Below are positions 10,083-19,792 of a DNA stretch of 64,000 nucleotides, one piece after another. This DNA comes from Noviherbaspirillum sp. (lineage in GTDB: Bacteria; Pseudomonadota; Gammaproteobacteria; Burkholderiales; Burkholderiaceae_D), in the NCBI RefSeq assembly GCF_035254685.1, contig NZ_DATFAI010000043.1:17604-81603 (forward strand), given 5' to 3'. Within the stretch, counting starts at the first letter, position 1, and the number at the start of each line of letters is the position of its first letter. The notes beneath the pieces were generated by a model. It saw nothing but the letters and a program-made list of their open reading frames with translations. It did not search any database and was not told the origin of the DNA. A program made the translations under genes and the position numbers.

Positions 10083-11366
10083 TCAGGGAAGCTGCGATTC
10101 CAGCGCGAACAGGTCACCCGCCGTTTCGCGCTTGCGGATGAGGTGCACCTTGTCGCCGTCCACCATCACTTCTGCCGCACGGCCGCGCGTATTGTAGTTG
10201 GATGACATCGTCATGCCGTACGCGCCGGCCGACATGATCGCCAGCAGGTCGCCCTGCTCGATCGCCAGCGCACGCTCACGCGCCAGCCAGTCGCCCGATT
10301 CGCATACCGGGCCGACCACATCGTAGACCTTCGGTGATGCAGCGCGCTGCACCACGGCTTGCACGCCGTGCCATGCTTCATACATGGCCGGACGCATCAG
10401 ATCGTTCATCGCCGCGTTGACGATCGCGAAGTTCTTCACCGCGCCATGCTTCAGGTATTCCACTTCGGTCAGGAGCACGCCGGCATTGCCAACGATCGAG
10501 CGTCCGGGTTCGAACATCACCTGGATGGGCGCACCCTTGTGATTCGTCAGACGCCATTTGTCGATTTTTGCAAACAACCGCGTCAGATAGTCGCCTACCG
10601 CGACAGGCTTGTCCTTGTCATAAGTGATGCCGATGCCGCCGCCGATGTCCAGGTGATGCAGGCGGATGCCTTCCTGCGCGAGACGGTCGACCAGTTCGAT
10701 CAGACGGTCGAGCGCTTCGAGCAGCGGCGCATCGTCCAGCAGCTGCGAGCCGATATGGCAATCGATGCCGACGATACGGATGTTGGGAAGCGTCGCGGCC
10801 ACACGATAGGCGTTCAGCGCTTCGTCATAATCAATGCCGAACTTGTTTTCCTTCAGCCCGGTCGAGATGTACGGATGGGTCTTCGGATCGACGTTCGGGT
10901 TCACGCGCAGCGAGATCGGCGCCTGCTTGCCCATTTCGCCGGCGACTTCATTCAGGCGGGCCAGCTCGGCGGTCGACTCGACGTTGAAGCAGAGGATGTC
11001 GTGCGACAGCGCAAGCCGCATTTCCTCGTGCGTCTTGCCCACGCCGGAAAAGATCACCTTGTGCGGATCGCCGCCGGCGGCAATCACGCGCCGCAGTTCG
11101 CCGCCCGATACGATATCGAATCCTGATCCCATGCGGCTGAGCAGGTTCAGCACGGCGAGGTTGGAATTGGATTTCACCGAGTAGCAGACCAGCGCCGTCG
11201 TTTCGTCCCGGCGGTTTTCCTTGCAGGCGTTGGCATAGGCGGAAAAATTCTCGACCAGCGCCGCCTTGGAGTAGACGTAGGTCGGGCTGCCGAACTGTTT
11301 GGCGATGTCGGTCAGCGGGATGTTTTCGACGTGCAGCACGCCGTTCTTGTAATGGAAATGCGACAT
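10083..11366 (-). CDS. lysA: Diaminopimelate decarboxylase
   Basis: YSVKSNSN, HIGSQ, EPGRSI and GPVCESGD motifs. Confidence 0.96.
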   Translation of the reverse strand: MSHFHYKNGVLHVENIPLTDIAKQFGSPTYVYSKAALVENFSAYANACKENRRDETTALVCYSVKSNSNLAVLNLLSRMGSGFDIVSGGELRRVIAAGGDPHKVIFSGVGKTHEEMRLALSHDILCFNVESTAELARLNEVAGEMGKQAPISLRVNPNVDPKTHPYISTGLKENKFGIDYDEALNAYRVAATLPNIRIVGIDCHIGSQLLDDAPLLEALDRLIELVDRLAQEGIRLHHLDIGGGIGITYDKDKPVAVGDYLTRLFAKIDKWRLTNHKGAPIQVMFEPGRSIVGNAGVLLTEVEYLKHGAVKNFAIVNAAMNDLMRPAMYEAWHGVQAVVQRAASPKVYDVVGPVCESGDWLARERALAIEQGDLLAIMSAGAYGMTMSSNYNTRGRAAEVMVDGDKVHLIRKRETAGDLFALESQLP

Positions 11367-11380
11367 GGGAAGGCGGAAGG

Positions 11381-11548
11381 CTATTTGGAAGCAGGTGCGT
11401 GATTGTCCGCAGGGGCCGGGGAAGTCGGTGCGGAAGACGTCGGGATCGGCGCGGGTTTTGCCGACAGGTAAAGCGGCCCCTTCTGCCCGCATCCGGCCAC
11501 GGCACACGCAAGCATGGTAACGACGACAAGAACCGAAGCGGACTTCAC
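11381..11548 (-). CDS. lptM: Small lipoprotein LptM/LppL (YifL family), 55 aa, missing from the ORF track
   Basis: Manual translation from GTG: MKSASVLVVVTMLACAVAGCGQKGPLYLSAKPAP...ASK*; lipobox VAGC followed by GQKGPLY; lies between cyaY and lysA. Confidence 0.85.
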   Translation of the reverse strand: MKSASVLVVVTMLACAVAGCGQKGPLYLSAKPAPIPTSSAPTSPAPADNHAPASK

Positions 11549-11588
11549 GATTAGAATCACGGTTTAAGAAAATTGATTGGAGTGTAGC

Positions 11589-11927
11589 ATGACTGAATCC
11601 GAATTCCTGGCACTGGCCGAGCAGACGCTAGGCGTGATCGAATCCGCACTCGAGCGTGCCGCGGACGACAGCGACCTGGACGTCGAATGCAGCCGCAGTG
11701 GCAATGTGCTGGAAATCGAATTTGTTGACAATGGTTCAAAGATCATCGTCAACAGCCAGGCGCCGATGCAGGAGATGTGGGTGGCAGCACGTTCGGGCGG
11801 CTTCCATTACCGCTATGAGGGCGGGCGCTGGATCAATACCCGCGACCAGTCCGAGTTGTTCTCGGCCTTGTCGCGCATGGTGAGCGAGCAGGGCGGCGTA
11901 CCGCTGGTGCTGCACGGCGCGAAATAA
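11589..11927 (+). CDS. cyaY: Iron donor protein CyaY (frataxin)
   Basis: GNVLEIEF, IIVNSQAPMQEMWVAARSGGFHY motifs. Confidence 0.95.
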   Translation: MTESEFLALAEQTLGVIESALERAADDSDLDVECSRSGNVLEIEFVDNGSKIIVNSQAPMQEMWVAARSGGFHYRYEGGRWINTRDQSELFSALSRMVSEQGGVPLVLHGAK

Positions 11928-11929
11928 AG

Positions 11930-11964
11930 AAAAAAGCCGAACTCGCAGGTGCAGGTTCGGCTTT
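11930..11964 (-). terminator. Terminator between convergent cyaY and mrcA
   Basis: AAAGCCGAAC-N12-GTTCGGCTTT with an A run on the left, which is a U tail on the minus strand. Confidence 0.7.
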
Positions 11965-11998
11965 GGCTTTTACCCCGGAGCGCCAACTCCCTTGAGTG

Positions 11999-14350
11999 TC
12001 AGAACAATTCGTTCTTCACCTCGTCCTTGGACTTCTCTTCATCCGTCGCCTGCTTCTCGCCCAGTCCCAGGCTGTGCACGCCGGTGCCTGGCGGATTCTC
12101 GGCGTAATAATATTCGCCGTTCACCTGGATGATGCCTTCCGGTACCGGGCGGTCTTCGATCGGTACATCCTTGAGCGCCTTCTGCATGTAGCTGATCCAG
12201 ATCGGCAGCGCGAGGCCGCCGCCGGTTTCACGGTTGCCGAGATTGCGAGGCTGGTCGAAGCCGATCCAGGCGATGCCGACCATCTTCGGCATGTAGCCCG
12301 CGAACCAGGCGTCGACCGAGTCGTTCGTGGTGCCAGTCTTGCCGGCGATGTCCGGGCGCTTCAGCACCAGCGCACGGGTCGCAGTGCCGTACTTGACCAC
12401 GTCCTTCAGCATGTTGTCCATCAGGAAGGCATTGCGTTCGTCGATCACACGATTGGATTCATCGCCTGCCTTGTCCGGCGTAACCTCGGACAGCACATTG
12501 CCATTCGAATCGGTAATCTTCGAAATGATGTACGGACTGATCTTGTAGCCACCGTTTGCGAATACCGCGTAGGCCCCGGCCAGCTGCAACGGTGTAACCG
12601 CGCCGGCACCGAGCGCCAGTGTCAGGTAGGGCGGGTTCTTGTCCGCATCGAAGCCGAAGCGAGTGGTGTATTCCTGTCCATACTTCGCCCCGATCCTGTG
12701 CAGGATACGGATCGAAATCATGTTCTTCGACTTGGTGAGACCCTTACGCATCGTCATCGGGCCTTCATACTTGCCGTCGTAGTTCTTCGGTTCCCACGCC
12801 TGCCCGCCGGTTTGGCCGGCGTCGAAGCTGATCGGCGCGTCGTTGATGATGGTGGATGGTGATAAGCCCTTTTCCAGCGACGCTGAATAGATGAACGGCT
12901 TGAACGAGGAGCCGGGCTGGCGCCATGCCTGAGTGACGTGATTGAATTTGCTGCGGTTGAAATCGAAGCCGCCGACCAAGGCACGGATCGCACCGTCGGT
13001 GGTGTTGGCTGCCACGAAGGCCGATTCGACGTCCGGCATTTGCGTGATGCTCCACGCCTTGTTCTCTTGGGTGACGCGGATGATCGCGCCACGCTTGATG
13101 CGACGGTTTGGTGCCGCTTTTTCGCTCAGCGCATTCGTCGCAATCGCCAGGCCTGGGCCGGTGATCGTGATTTCCTCGCCGGAAGACAGGACCGCCTTCA
13201 CGCTCTTCGGCGCTGCCTCCAGTACCACGGCCGCGACGATGTCGTCGCTGTCGGGGTGTTCGGCGAGTTCGGTTTCGATGGCGCTTTCGGCTTCCTCTTT
13301 CGCGTTCGGAATCTCCATGTAGCCTTCCGGGCCGCGATAGCCGTGCCGCTTTTCATAATCCAGCACGCCACGCCGCAATGCCAGGTAGGCAGCGTCCTGG
13401 TCGGCCTTGGTGATGGTTGTGTACACGTTCAGCCCGCGCGTGTATGCCTCTTCCTTGAACTGGTCGTAAACGAGCTGGCGCGTCATCTCCGCCACGTACT
13501 CGGCGTGGATGCCGAATTCGCTGCTGTCGGTCTTGATCTTCAGGACCTGGTCCTTGGCTTCCTGGTATTGATCCTGCGTGATGTAGCCGAGCTGGAACAT
13601 GCGCTCCAGGATGTACTGCTGCCGCGCGCGGGCTCGCTTGGGGTTGGCGACCGGGTTGTAGGCCGAAGGCGCCTTGGGCAGGCCGGCCAGCATCGCAGCT
13701 TCCGCCACGGTGATGTCCGAGAGCTTTTTGCCGAAGTAGATCTGCGCCGCCGAAGAGAAGCCATAGGCGCGCTGTCCCAGGTAAATCTGGTTCATGTACA
13801 GCTCGAGGATCTGGTCCTTCGACAGGTTCTGCTCGATCTTCCATGCCAGCAGCGCCTCGTAGATCTTGCGCTTGAGCGTCTGCTCGCTGGAGAGGAAGAA
13901 GTTGCGTGCAACCTGCTGGGTAATGGTGGATGCGCCCTGCTTCGAGTGGCTGGTCAGGTTGTGGACGGCAGCCCGCAGGATACCCATGTAATCCACGCCG
14001 CCGTGATCATAAAAGCGGTCATCCTCGATCGCGAGCACCGCCTTCTTCATGATGTCGGGCACATCCTTGATATGTACGAGATTGCGGCGCTCTTCGCCGA
14101 ATTCGCCGATCAGCACGTTGTCCGCCGAATAGATCCGCAGCGGAATCTTTGGGCGGTAGTCGGTAATGGCCTCCAGCGACGGCAGATTCGGGTAGGCCAT
14201 GGTCAGGGCAAAGCCGAGCAGCAGCACGCCGACCAGGGCCAGTCCGACGATTCCTCCAAAGAGGCCGAGTGTGAGACGCACTAACAGTGGGTACCGGCGT
14301 TTGGGCGCCGCTTCTTTCGGGGTGTCGCCGGGAGGATTTGGACGAGTCAT
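11999..14350 (-). CDS. mrcA: Penicillin-binding protein 1A
   Basis: TM anchor, transglycosylase EDDRFYDH and GASTITQQ, transpeptidase SSFK, SKN and KTG; divergent from pilM. Confidence 0.96.
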   Translation of the reverse strand: MTRPNPPGDTPKEAAPKRRYPLLVRLTLGLFGGIVGLALVGVLLLGFALTMAYPNLPSLEAITDYRPKIPLRIYSADNVLIGEFGEERRNLVHIKDVPDIMKKAVLAIEDDRFYDHGGVDYMGILRAAVHNLTSHSKQGASTITQQVARNFFLSSEQTLKRKIYEALLAWKIEQNLSKDQILELYMNQIYLGQRAYGFSSAAQIYFGKKLSDITVAEAAMLAGLPKAPSAYNPVANPKRARARQQYILERMFQLGYITQDQYQEAKDQVLKIKTDSSEFGIHAEYVAEMTRQLVYDQFKEEAYTRGLNVYTTITKADQDAAYLALRRGVLDYEKRHGYRGPEGYMEIPNAKEEAESAIETELAEHPDSDDIVAAVVLEAAPKSVKAVLSSGEEITITGPGLAIATNALSEKAAPNRRIKRGAIIRVTQENKAWSITQMPDVESAFVAANTTDGAIRALVGGFDFNRSKFNHVTQAWRQPGSSFKPFIYSASLEKGLSPSTIINDAPISFDAGQTGGQAWEPKNYDGKYEGPMTMRKGLTKSKNMISIRILHRIGAKYGQEYTTRFGFDADKNPPYLTLALGAGAVTPLQLAGAYAVFANGGYKISPYIISKITDSNGNVLSEVTPDKAGDESNRVIDERNAFLMDNMLKDVVKYGTATRALVLKRPDIAGKTGTTNDSVDAWFAGYMPKMVGIAWIGFDQPRNLGNRETGGGLALPIWISYMQKALKDVPIEDRPVPEGIIQVNGEYYYAENPPGTGVHSLGLGEKQATDEEKSKDEVKNELF

Positions 14351-14659
14351 TCGGAGAAAACGAGTGGGGACAGGAACGCAGAATTATAACGGCGCACATC
14401 GCTGTCCGAAATTAATGGAAAACCAATCATTACTAAAAGGTAACGTGGGCTTTTGGCAACGCGGTTACAAATTACTGGTAGGAAATCGCTTTACACTGGT
14501 TCAGGCTTATTGCTAGGATTTAATGTAACGTTGGATATTTATCACCTAAATATTGGTTTTTAAACGAGTTTTTCGTGAGTCGATGATTTTATCCCTTCAT
14601 TCGACATTCAGATAAGTGGTGCGTTCACGCAATAAACCACATTTTGGGGAGAGTTACCC

Positions 14660-15742
14660 TTGGCCATTGATCTCGGATTGTTACTGGGAAAGAAGAATCC
14701 GCCGCTGATCGGCCTGGACATCAGCACTTCGGGCGTCAAACTCGTTGAACTGTCTGAAGCGGGCAAAAATGAACTTCGGCTGGAGCGTTTCGCAAGCGAG
14801 CCCTTGCCGCGCGGCGCCGTCGTGGACGGCAACATCGAAAACATCGAACAAGTGACGGAAGCGGTGCGCCGCGTCTGGAAAAAAAGCGGCTCGCGTGCGA
14901 AGCATGTTGCGCTAGGCATGCCGCCAGCTTCCGTGATCACCAAGAAAATCATCCTGCCTGCAGGCTTGTCCGAGGACGAGCTGGAAATGCAGGTGGAAAG
15001 CGAAGCGAACCAATATATCCCCTTTGCGCTGGATGAAGTGAGCCTGGATTTCGACGTTATCGGCCCAGCCCAGAATGCGCCGGAAGACGTCGAGGTGCTG
15101 ATTGCGGCCACGCGCAAGGAAAAGGTGGAGGATCGCGTCGCCGTGGCGGAAGCGGCCGGATTGAAGCCAAGCGTCATGGACATTGAATCGTATGCCGCAC
15201 GCACTGCCATCGATCGCATCACGGCGCAACTGCCCAAGGGTGGCCAGGGACAGATCGTCGCCCTGTTCCAGGTCGGCGCACAGGTCACCCAGGTGTCGGT
15301 ACTGCTGGACGGCCAAACCATTTACGAACGCGAGCAGCCCTTCGGCGGCAACCAGCTGACCCAGGATATCGTGCGCGCCTACGGGCTGTCGTTCGAGGAT
15401 GCGGAAGCAAAGAAGAAGGCGGCGGACCTGCCGGATGGCTACGAGCGCGAACTGCTCGAGCCTTTCCTGGAAAACGCTGCGCTCGAAGTCACGCGCGCCA
15501 TCCAGTTCTTCTTTACGTCCACACCGTACACCCATATCGACCAGATCTTCCTCGCCGGAGGATGCGCGGTCATCCCCGGAATGGTGGAACTGGTTGCGGA
15601 ACGCACCAAGATTTCCACTTCCGTCGTCAGCCCTTTCAAAGGCATGCAACTGGCGTCTTCGGTGCGTGAAAAGCAGTTGCGCGCCGAGGCGCCATCCTAT
15701 CTCGTGGCCTGCGGGCTGGCGATGCGGAGGTTCGACCGATGA
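14660..15742 (+). CDS. pilM: Type IV pilus assembly protein PilM
   Basis: IGLDISTSGVK actin-like fold; TTG start; first gene of pilMNOPQ. Confidence 0.95.
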   Translation: MAIDLGLLLGKKNPPLIGLDISTSGVKLVELSEAGKNELRLERFASEPLPRGAVVDGNIENIEQVTEAVRRVWKKSGSRAKHVALGMPPASVITKKIILPAGLSEDELEMQVESEANQYIPFALDEVSLDFDVIGPAQNAPEDVEVLIAATRKEKVEDRVAVAEAAGLKPSVMDIESYAARTAIDRITAQLPKGGQGQIVALFQVGAQVTQVSVLLDGQTIYEREQPFGGNQLTQDIVRAYGLSFEDAEAKKKAADLPDGYERELLEPFLENAALEVTRAIQFFFTSTPYTHIDQIFLAGGCAVIPGMVELVAERTKISTSVVSPFKGMQLASSVREKQLRAEAPSYLVACGLAMRRFDR

Positions 15743-16353
15743 TTCGCATTAACCTCCTTCCTCACCGCGAAGAAGCGCGCAAGCAGCGCAAGATCGGCTT
15801 CTACAGGTTGCTGGCCATGTCAGGCCTGATGGGGCTTGCCATGGTGGTCGTGGTCGGCGGCATTATCGGTGCCCAGATCGCCAACCAGAACCAGCGCAAC
15901 ACCTTCATCAAGGCAGAGAATGCCAAGCTCGATGCGCAGATCAAGGAAATCGCGACGCTCAAGCAGGAAATCGACGGCCTGAAGGCACGCCAGCAGGCGG
16001 TGGAAGACCTGCAGAGCGACCGCAACCAGCCTGTCTACCTGATGGATGAACTGGTCAAGCAGGTGCCGGAAGGGATCTACCTGCGCTCCTTCAAGCAGGA
16101 AAACCAGCGCGTGGTGCTGGCCGGATTTGCACAATCCAATGAGCGCGTGTCCGAACTGTTGCGCAACCTCAGCAATAACTCGCCATGGCTTGAACGTCCG
16201 GACCTGATCGAGATCCGCTCGGCAAACGTTGGCCAGGGCAAGGACGCGAAGAGGGTATTCGATTTCACTGTCAACGTAGGAATCAAGCGCCCCCGCGAGA
16301 AGGATCAGGCGGCTTCGGGCAAGGCAGCTGGCGCGGCGCCCAAGCGCCCCTGA
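15739..16353 (+). CDS. pilN: Type IV pilus assembly protein PilN
   Basis: N-terminal INLLP motif, TM helix and coiled coil. Confidence 0.95.
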   Translation: MIRINLLPHREEARKQRKIGFYRLLAMSGLMGLAMVVVVGGIIGAQIANQNQRNTFIKAENAKLDAQIKEIATLKQEIDGLKARQQAVEDLQSDRNQPVYLMDELVKQVPEGIYLRSFKQENQRVVLAGFAQSNERVSELLRNLSNNSPWLERPDLIEIRSANVGQGKDAKRVFDFTVNVGIKRPREKDQAASGKAAGAAPKRP

Positions 16354-16368
16354 CATGAAAGACTCACT

Positions 16369-17034
16369 ATGGCAGATCTGAAGCAAATCGGTGACAAGGT
16401 CGCCGCGCAGTTCCGCGGCCTGAACGGAAGGCATCCGGGCCAGTGGCCGCTGATTCCGCGCATGGCCTGCGGACTCGGCACGCTGGCGGTTGTTGTGCTG
16501 CTTGGCTGGTTCCTGTACCTGGACGGCGAAATGGACGAACTCGATCAGGGCAAGCAGGAAGAGGTAAAGCTGCGCGACGACTACAAGCTGAAGGTGCAGC
16601 AGGCGATCAACCTCGCCAGCCTGCGCAAGCAGAAGGAGCAGGTCGGCGAGTATGTGTCGACGCTCGAGAAGCAGTTGCCCAGCAAGGCGGAAATGGACGC
16701 GCTCCTGTCCGACATCAACCAGGCGGGTCTGGGCCGCGGACTGCAGTTCGAGTTGTTCAAGCCTGGCCAGGTCGTCGTGAAGGATTATTACGCGGAGCTG
16801 CCGATCGATATCAAGGTGACCGGAAACTATCACGACGTAGGCTCCTTCACCAGCGACATCGCGAACCTGCCCCGGATCGTGACCCTGAACAACATGAACC
16901 TCGTTGCGGGCAAGGACGGCAGCCTGACGCTGGATGCGGTCGCCAAGACATTCCGCTACCTGGACAAGGACGAAGTCAGCGAGCAACGCAAGCTGGCGGC
17001 TGAAAAAGCCAAGAAGGCGGGAGCGAAAAAATGA
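16369..17034 (+). CDS. pilO: Type IV pilus assembly protein PilO
   Basis: LPSKAEMDALL, FYAELP-like YYAELPI and LPRIVTL motifs. Confidence 0.95.
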   Translation: MADLKQIGDKVAAQFRGLNGRHPGQWPLIPRMACGLGTLAVVVLLGWFLYLDGEMDELDQGKQEEVKLRDDYKLKVQQAINLASLRKQKEQVGEYVSTLEKQLPSKAEMDALLSDINQAGLGRGLQFELFKPGQVVVKDYYAELPIDIKVTGNYHDVGSFTSDIANLPRIVTLNNMNLVAGKDGSLTLDAVAKTFRYLDKDEVSEQRKLAAEKAKKAGAKK

Positions 17035-17573
17035 AAAGTCTTCGCGTCAGGGCAGCTCTTGCCGCTTTCATCGTCACGGGAATTCTCGCCGGTTGCGGCG
17101 ACGGCGACCTGCAGGAAGTCAAGCAGTGGATGGAAGACGTGCAGCGCCATACGCCGGTCACTGTGCAAAAGCTTCCGGAACCCAAGACATTCACGCCGTT
17201 CGTCTATAACGCCAAGGATGAGGTCGATCCGTTCAGTCCGCTCAAGCTCTCGACGGCGCTTGCCAAGATGCAGGCGAGTTCAGGCAGCGGGATCAAGCCG
17301 GATCTTGAACGCCGCAAGGAGCCGCTGGAAAACTTCCCCCTCGACAGCATCAAGATGGTCGGGACACTGGAGAAGCCCGGCTTGAGCTACGCCCTCTTGC
17401 AGGTCGACAAATCAGTGTTCCAGGTCAAGGCCGGTAATTACATCGGTCAGAATTTTGGGATGATCACGAAAATCACGGAAACGGAAGTCGAACTGAAGGA
17501 AATCGTCCGCGATGCGGCAGGGGAATGGTCCGAGCGCAAAGCCAAGTTAGAGTTGCAGGAGAATAAAAAATGA
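17031..17573 (+). CDS. pilP: Type IV pilus lipoprotein PilP
   Basis: Lipobox LAGC, DPFSP, KEPLENFPLD and GNYIGQNFG. Confidence 0.95.
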   Translation: MKSLRVRAALAAFIVTGILAGCGDGDLQEVKQWMEDVQRHTPVTVQKLPEPKTFTPFVYNAKDEVDPFSPLKLSTALAKMQASSGSGIKPDLERRKEPLENFPLDSIKMVGTLEKPGLSYALLQVDKSVFQVKAGNYIGQNFGMITKITETEVELKEIVRDAAGEWSERKAKLELQENKK

Positions 17574-19735
17574 ACGCGGTCAAACAACACTTCCAACGCT
17601 TGGGCGCAACTGTGAATGGCGCATCGAGGAGATTCGTCTTCGCATGCCTGCTGATGGCATGCGGCGCGGCTTTGGCACAGGAAAATGCCATCGAGTCGAT
17701 CAGCGCGAATCAGCAGGGCGCAAACGTCATCGTCAAGGTGATGCTGAAGAACCCGGTCAAGAAGCCACCGATCGGTTTTTCGATCACGAGTCCTGCGCGC
17801 ATTGCGCTGGATTTCGCCGGCACAGCCAATGCCACTGGGAAGTCTGCGCAGGACATCGGCCTGGGCGATGTGCGCAATGTCAATGTGGTGCAGGCGGGCG
17901 AACGCTCGCGGCTGGTGTTCAACCTGCTGCGTCCGCTGAACTACGCCACCGCAGTGGAAGGCAATTTGGTGATCGTGACGATCGACGGATCAGGCGGCGT
18001 GGCGACGCCAGTGAATGCGGCCGGCGTCCCGATTTCGCCCAAAGTTGCGGATACTGGCAAACAGGCCCTGCGTGATATCGATTTCCGCCGTGGACCGAAT
18101 GGAGAAGGGCGAATTGTCGTCGACCTGCCGAGCAACCAAGTGGCCGTCGACGTGCGCCAGCAGGGACAGGCGATTGTCGTCGATTTCCTGAAGGCTTCGC
18201 TGCCGGAGGTATTGCGCCGCCGACTTGATGTGACCGATTTCGGCACTCCGGTGCAGACCATTACGACTACGCCGAAGGGCGAGAACGTGCACATGGTGAT
18301 CGAGCCGAAGGGCCTGTGGGAGCACAGCGCCTATCAAAGCGATACGCAACTCGTCGTGGAAGTGAAGCCCATCAAGGAAGACCCGAACAAGCTGGTACAG
18401 GGGACACAGGGCTATCGCGGCGAGCGACTTTCGCTGAATTTCCAGAATGTCGAAGTGCGCGCGGTCCTGCAAGTGATTGCCGACTTCACCGGCCTGAACA
18501 TCATCACCAGCGACTCGGTCAGTGGCAACCTTACCCTGCGCCTGAAGGACGTTCCGTGGGATCAGGCCCTGGATATCGTGATGCAGGCCAAGGGCCTCGA
18601 CATGCGCAAGAACGGCTCGGTGATCTGGATTGCACCGAAGGATGAACTGCTGACCAAGGAAAAGCTGGAACTGGAGCAGAAATCGCAAATCGCCGAGCTG
18701 GAGCCGCTGCGGACCGAGACGTTCCAGCTCAACTATCAGAAGGCGGAAGCATTCAAGCAGGTGTTTGGCCTGGATACCGGCGGTGACACCAAGAAGAGCA
18801 TTCTCTCCAAGAGGGGCAGCGCAGTCATCGATCCGCGGACCAATCAGCTCTTCGTGACCGACATCGCATCCAAGCTCGAGGAGGTACGAAAGCTCGTTCA
18901 AAAGACTGATATTGCGTCGAAACAGGTGCTGATCGAGGCGCGGATCGTTGAAGCCGATGACAAGTTCAGCAAGAACCTTGGCGCGAAACTCGGCTTCAAT
19001 GACATGCGCAATCTCCGCGGTGGGGATGCGGGGTACCAGCTCAATGGCAATACGCGGGCTGCCGTGACGGGGAACTACATCGGTATCGGTGAACAGACCG
19101 GCCAGGCGCAGGATTCGGGAAGCGCTTTCAACAACACGCAGTTCGTGAATCTCCCGGCAGCCGGCATTAATGGATTGACGGCTCCGAGCCTTGCGGTCAG
19201 CCTTTTCTCTGCGGCCGCCAACCGGTTCCTGAACCTGGAACTGTCGGCACTCGAAGCGGATGGCAAAGGAAAGATCATTTCCAGCCCGCGCGTTGTCACG
19301 GCGGACCAGCTGAAAGCGCTCATCGAGCAAGGCACTGAACTGCCCTATCAGGTGGCTACGTCGAGTGGCGCAACATCCATTGCCTTCCGCAAAGCGAACC
19401 TGAAGCTTGAAGTGACCCCGCAGATCACGCCCGACGGAAACATCATCCTCGACGTGGATGTGAACAAGGATAGCGTCGGTGTCGAAACCCGTGCGGGCTT
19501 CGCCATTGACACCAAGCACGTCAAGACACAGGTGCTGGTCGAAAACGGCGGAACGGTCGTGCTTGGTGGTATCTTCCAGCAGACCCAACGTGATTCCGAA
19601 GCGAAAGTGCCTTTGCTGGGCGATGTGCCGGTGCTAGGACATCTCTTCAAGACAACCACTCGCACAAACGACAAGACAGAGTTGCTGATATTCATCACGC
19701 CGAAGATCGTGAACGACCGCCTTGCGACGCGGTGA
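17570..19735 (+). CDS. pilQ: Type IV pilus secretin PilQ
   Basis: AMIN domains, LSLNFQNVEVR, QVLIEARIVEA and VPLLGDVPVLGHLF secretin motifs. Confidence 0.97.
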   Translation: MNAVKQHFQRLGATVNGASRRFVFACLLMACGAALAQENAIESISANQQGANVIVKVMLKNPVKKPPIGFSITSPARIALDFAGTANATGKSAQDIGLGDVRNVNVVQAGERSRLVFNLLRPLNYATAVEGNLVIVTIDGSGGVATPVNAAGVPISPKVADTGKQALRDIDFRRGPNGEGRIVVDLPSNQVAVDVRQQGQAIVVDFLKASLPEVLRRRLDVTDFGTPVQTITTTPKGENVHMVIEPKGLWEHSAYQSDTQLVVEVKPIKEDPNKLVQGTQGYRGERLSLNFQNVEVRAVLQVIADFTGLNIITSDSVSGNLTLRLKDVPWDQALDIVMQAKGLDMRKNGSVIWIAPKDELLTKEKLELEQKSQIAELEPLRTETFQLNYQKAEAFKQVFGLDTGGDTKKSILSKRGSAVIDPRTNQLFVTDIASKLEEVRKLVQKTDIASKQVLIEARIVEADDKFSKNLGAKLGFNDMRNLRGGDAGYQLNGNTRAAVTGNYIGIGEQTGQAQDSGSAFNNTQFVNLPAAGINGLTAPSLAVSLFSAAANRFLNLELSALEADGKGKIISSPRVVTADQLKALIEQGTELPYQVATSSGATSIAFRKANLKLEVTPQITPDGNIILDVDVNKDSVGVETRAGFAIDTKHVKTQVLVENGGTVVLGGIFQQTQRDSEAKVPLLGDVPVLGHLFKTTTRTNDKTELLIFITPKIVNDRLATR

Positions 19736-19792
19736 TTGACGACAATATCCAATAGAACAACAAGATCCAATAAATAAAATCAGGGAAGAAAA

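Noticed and set aside
19736-19792. ATCCAATA repeated twice before the Ig gene, as a possible insertion target duplication
   Set aside because: Both copies are on the same side of the gene and no matching copy lies at the aroK junction
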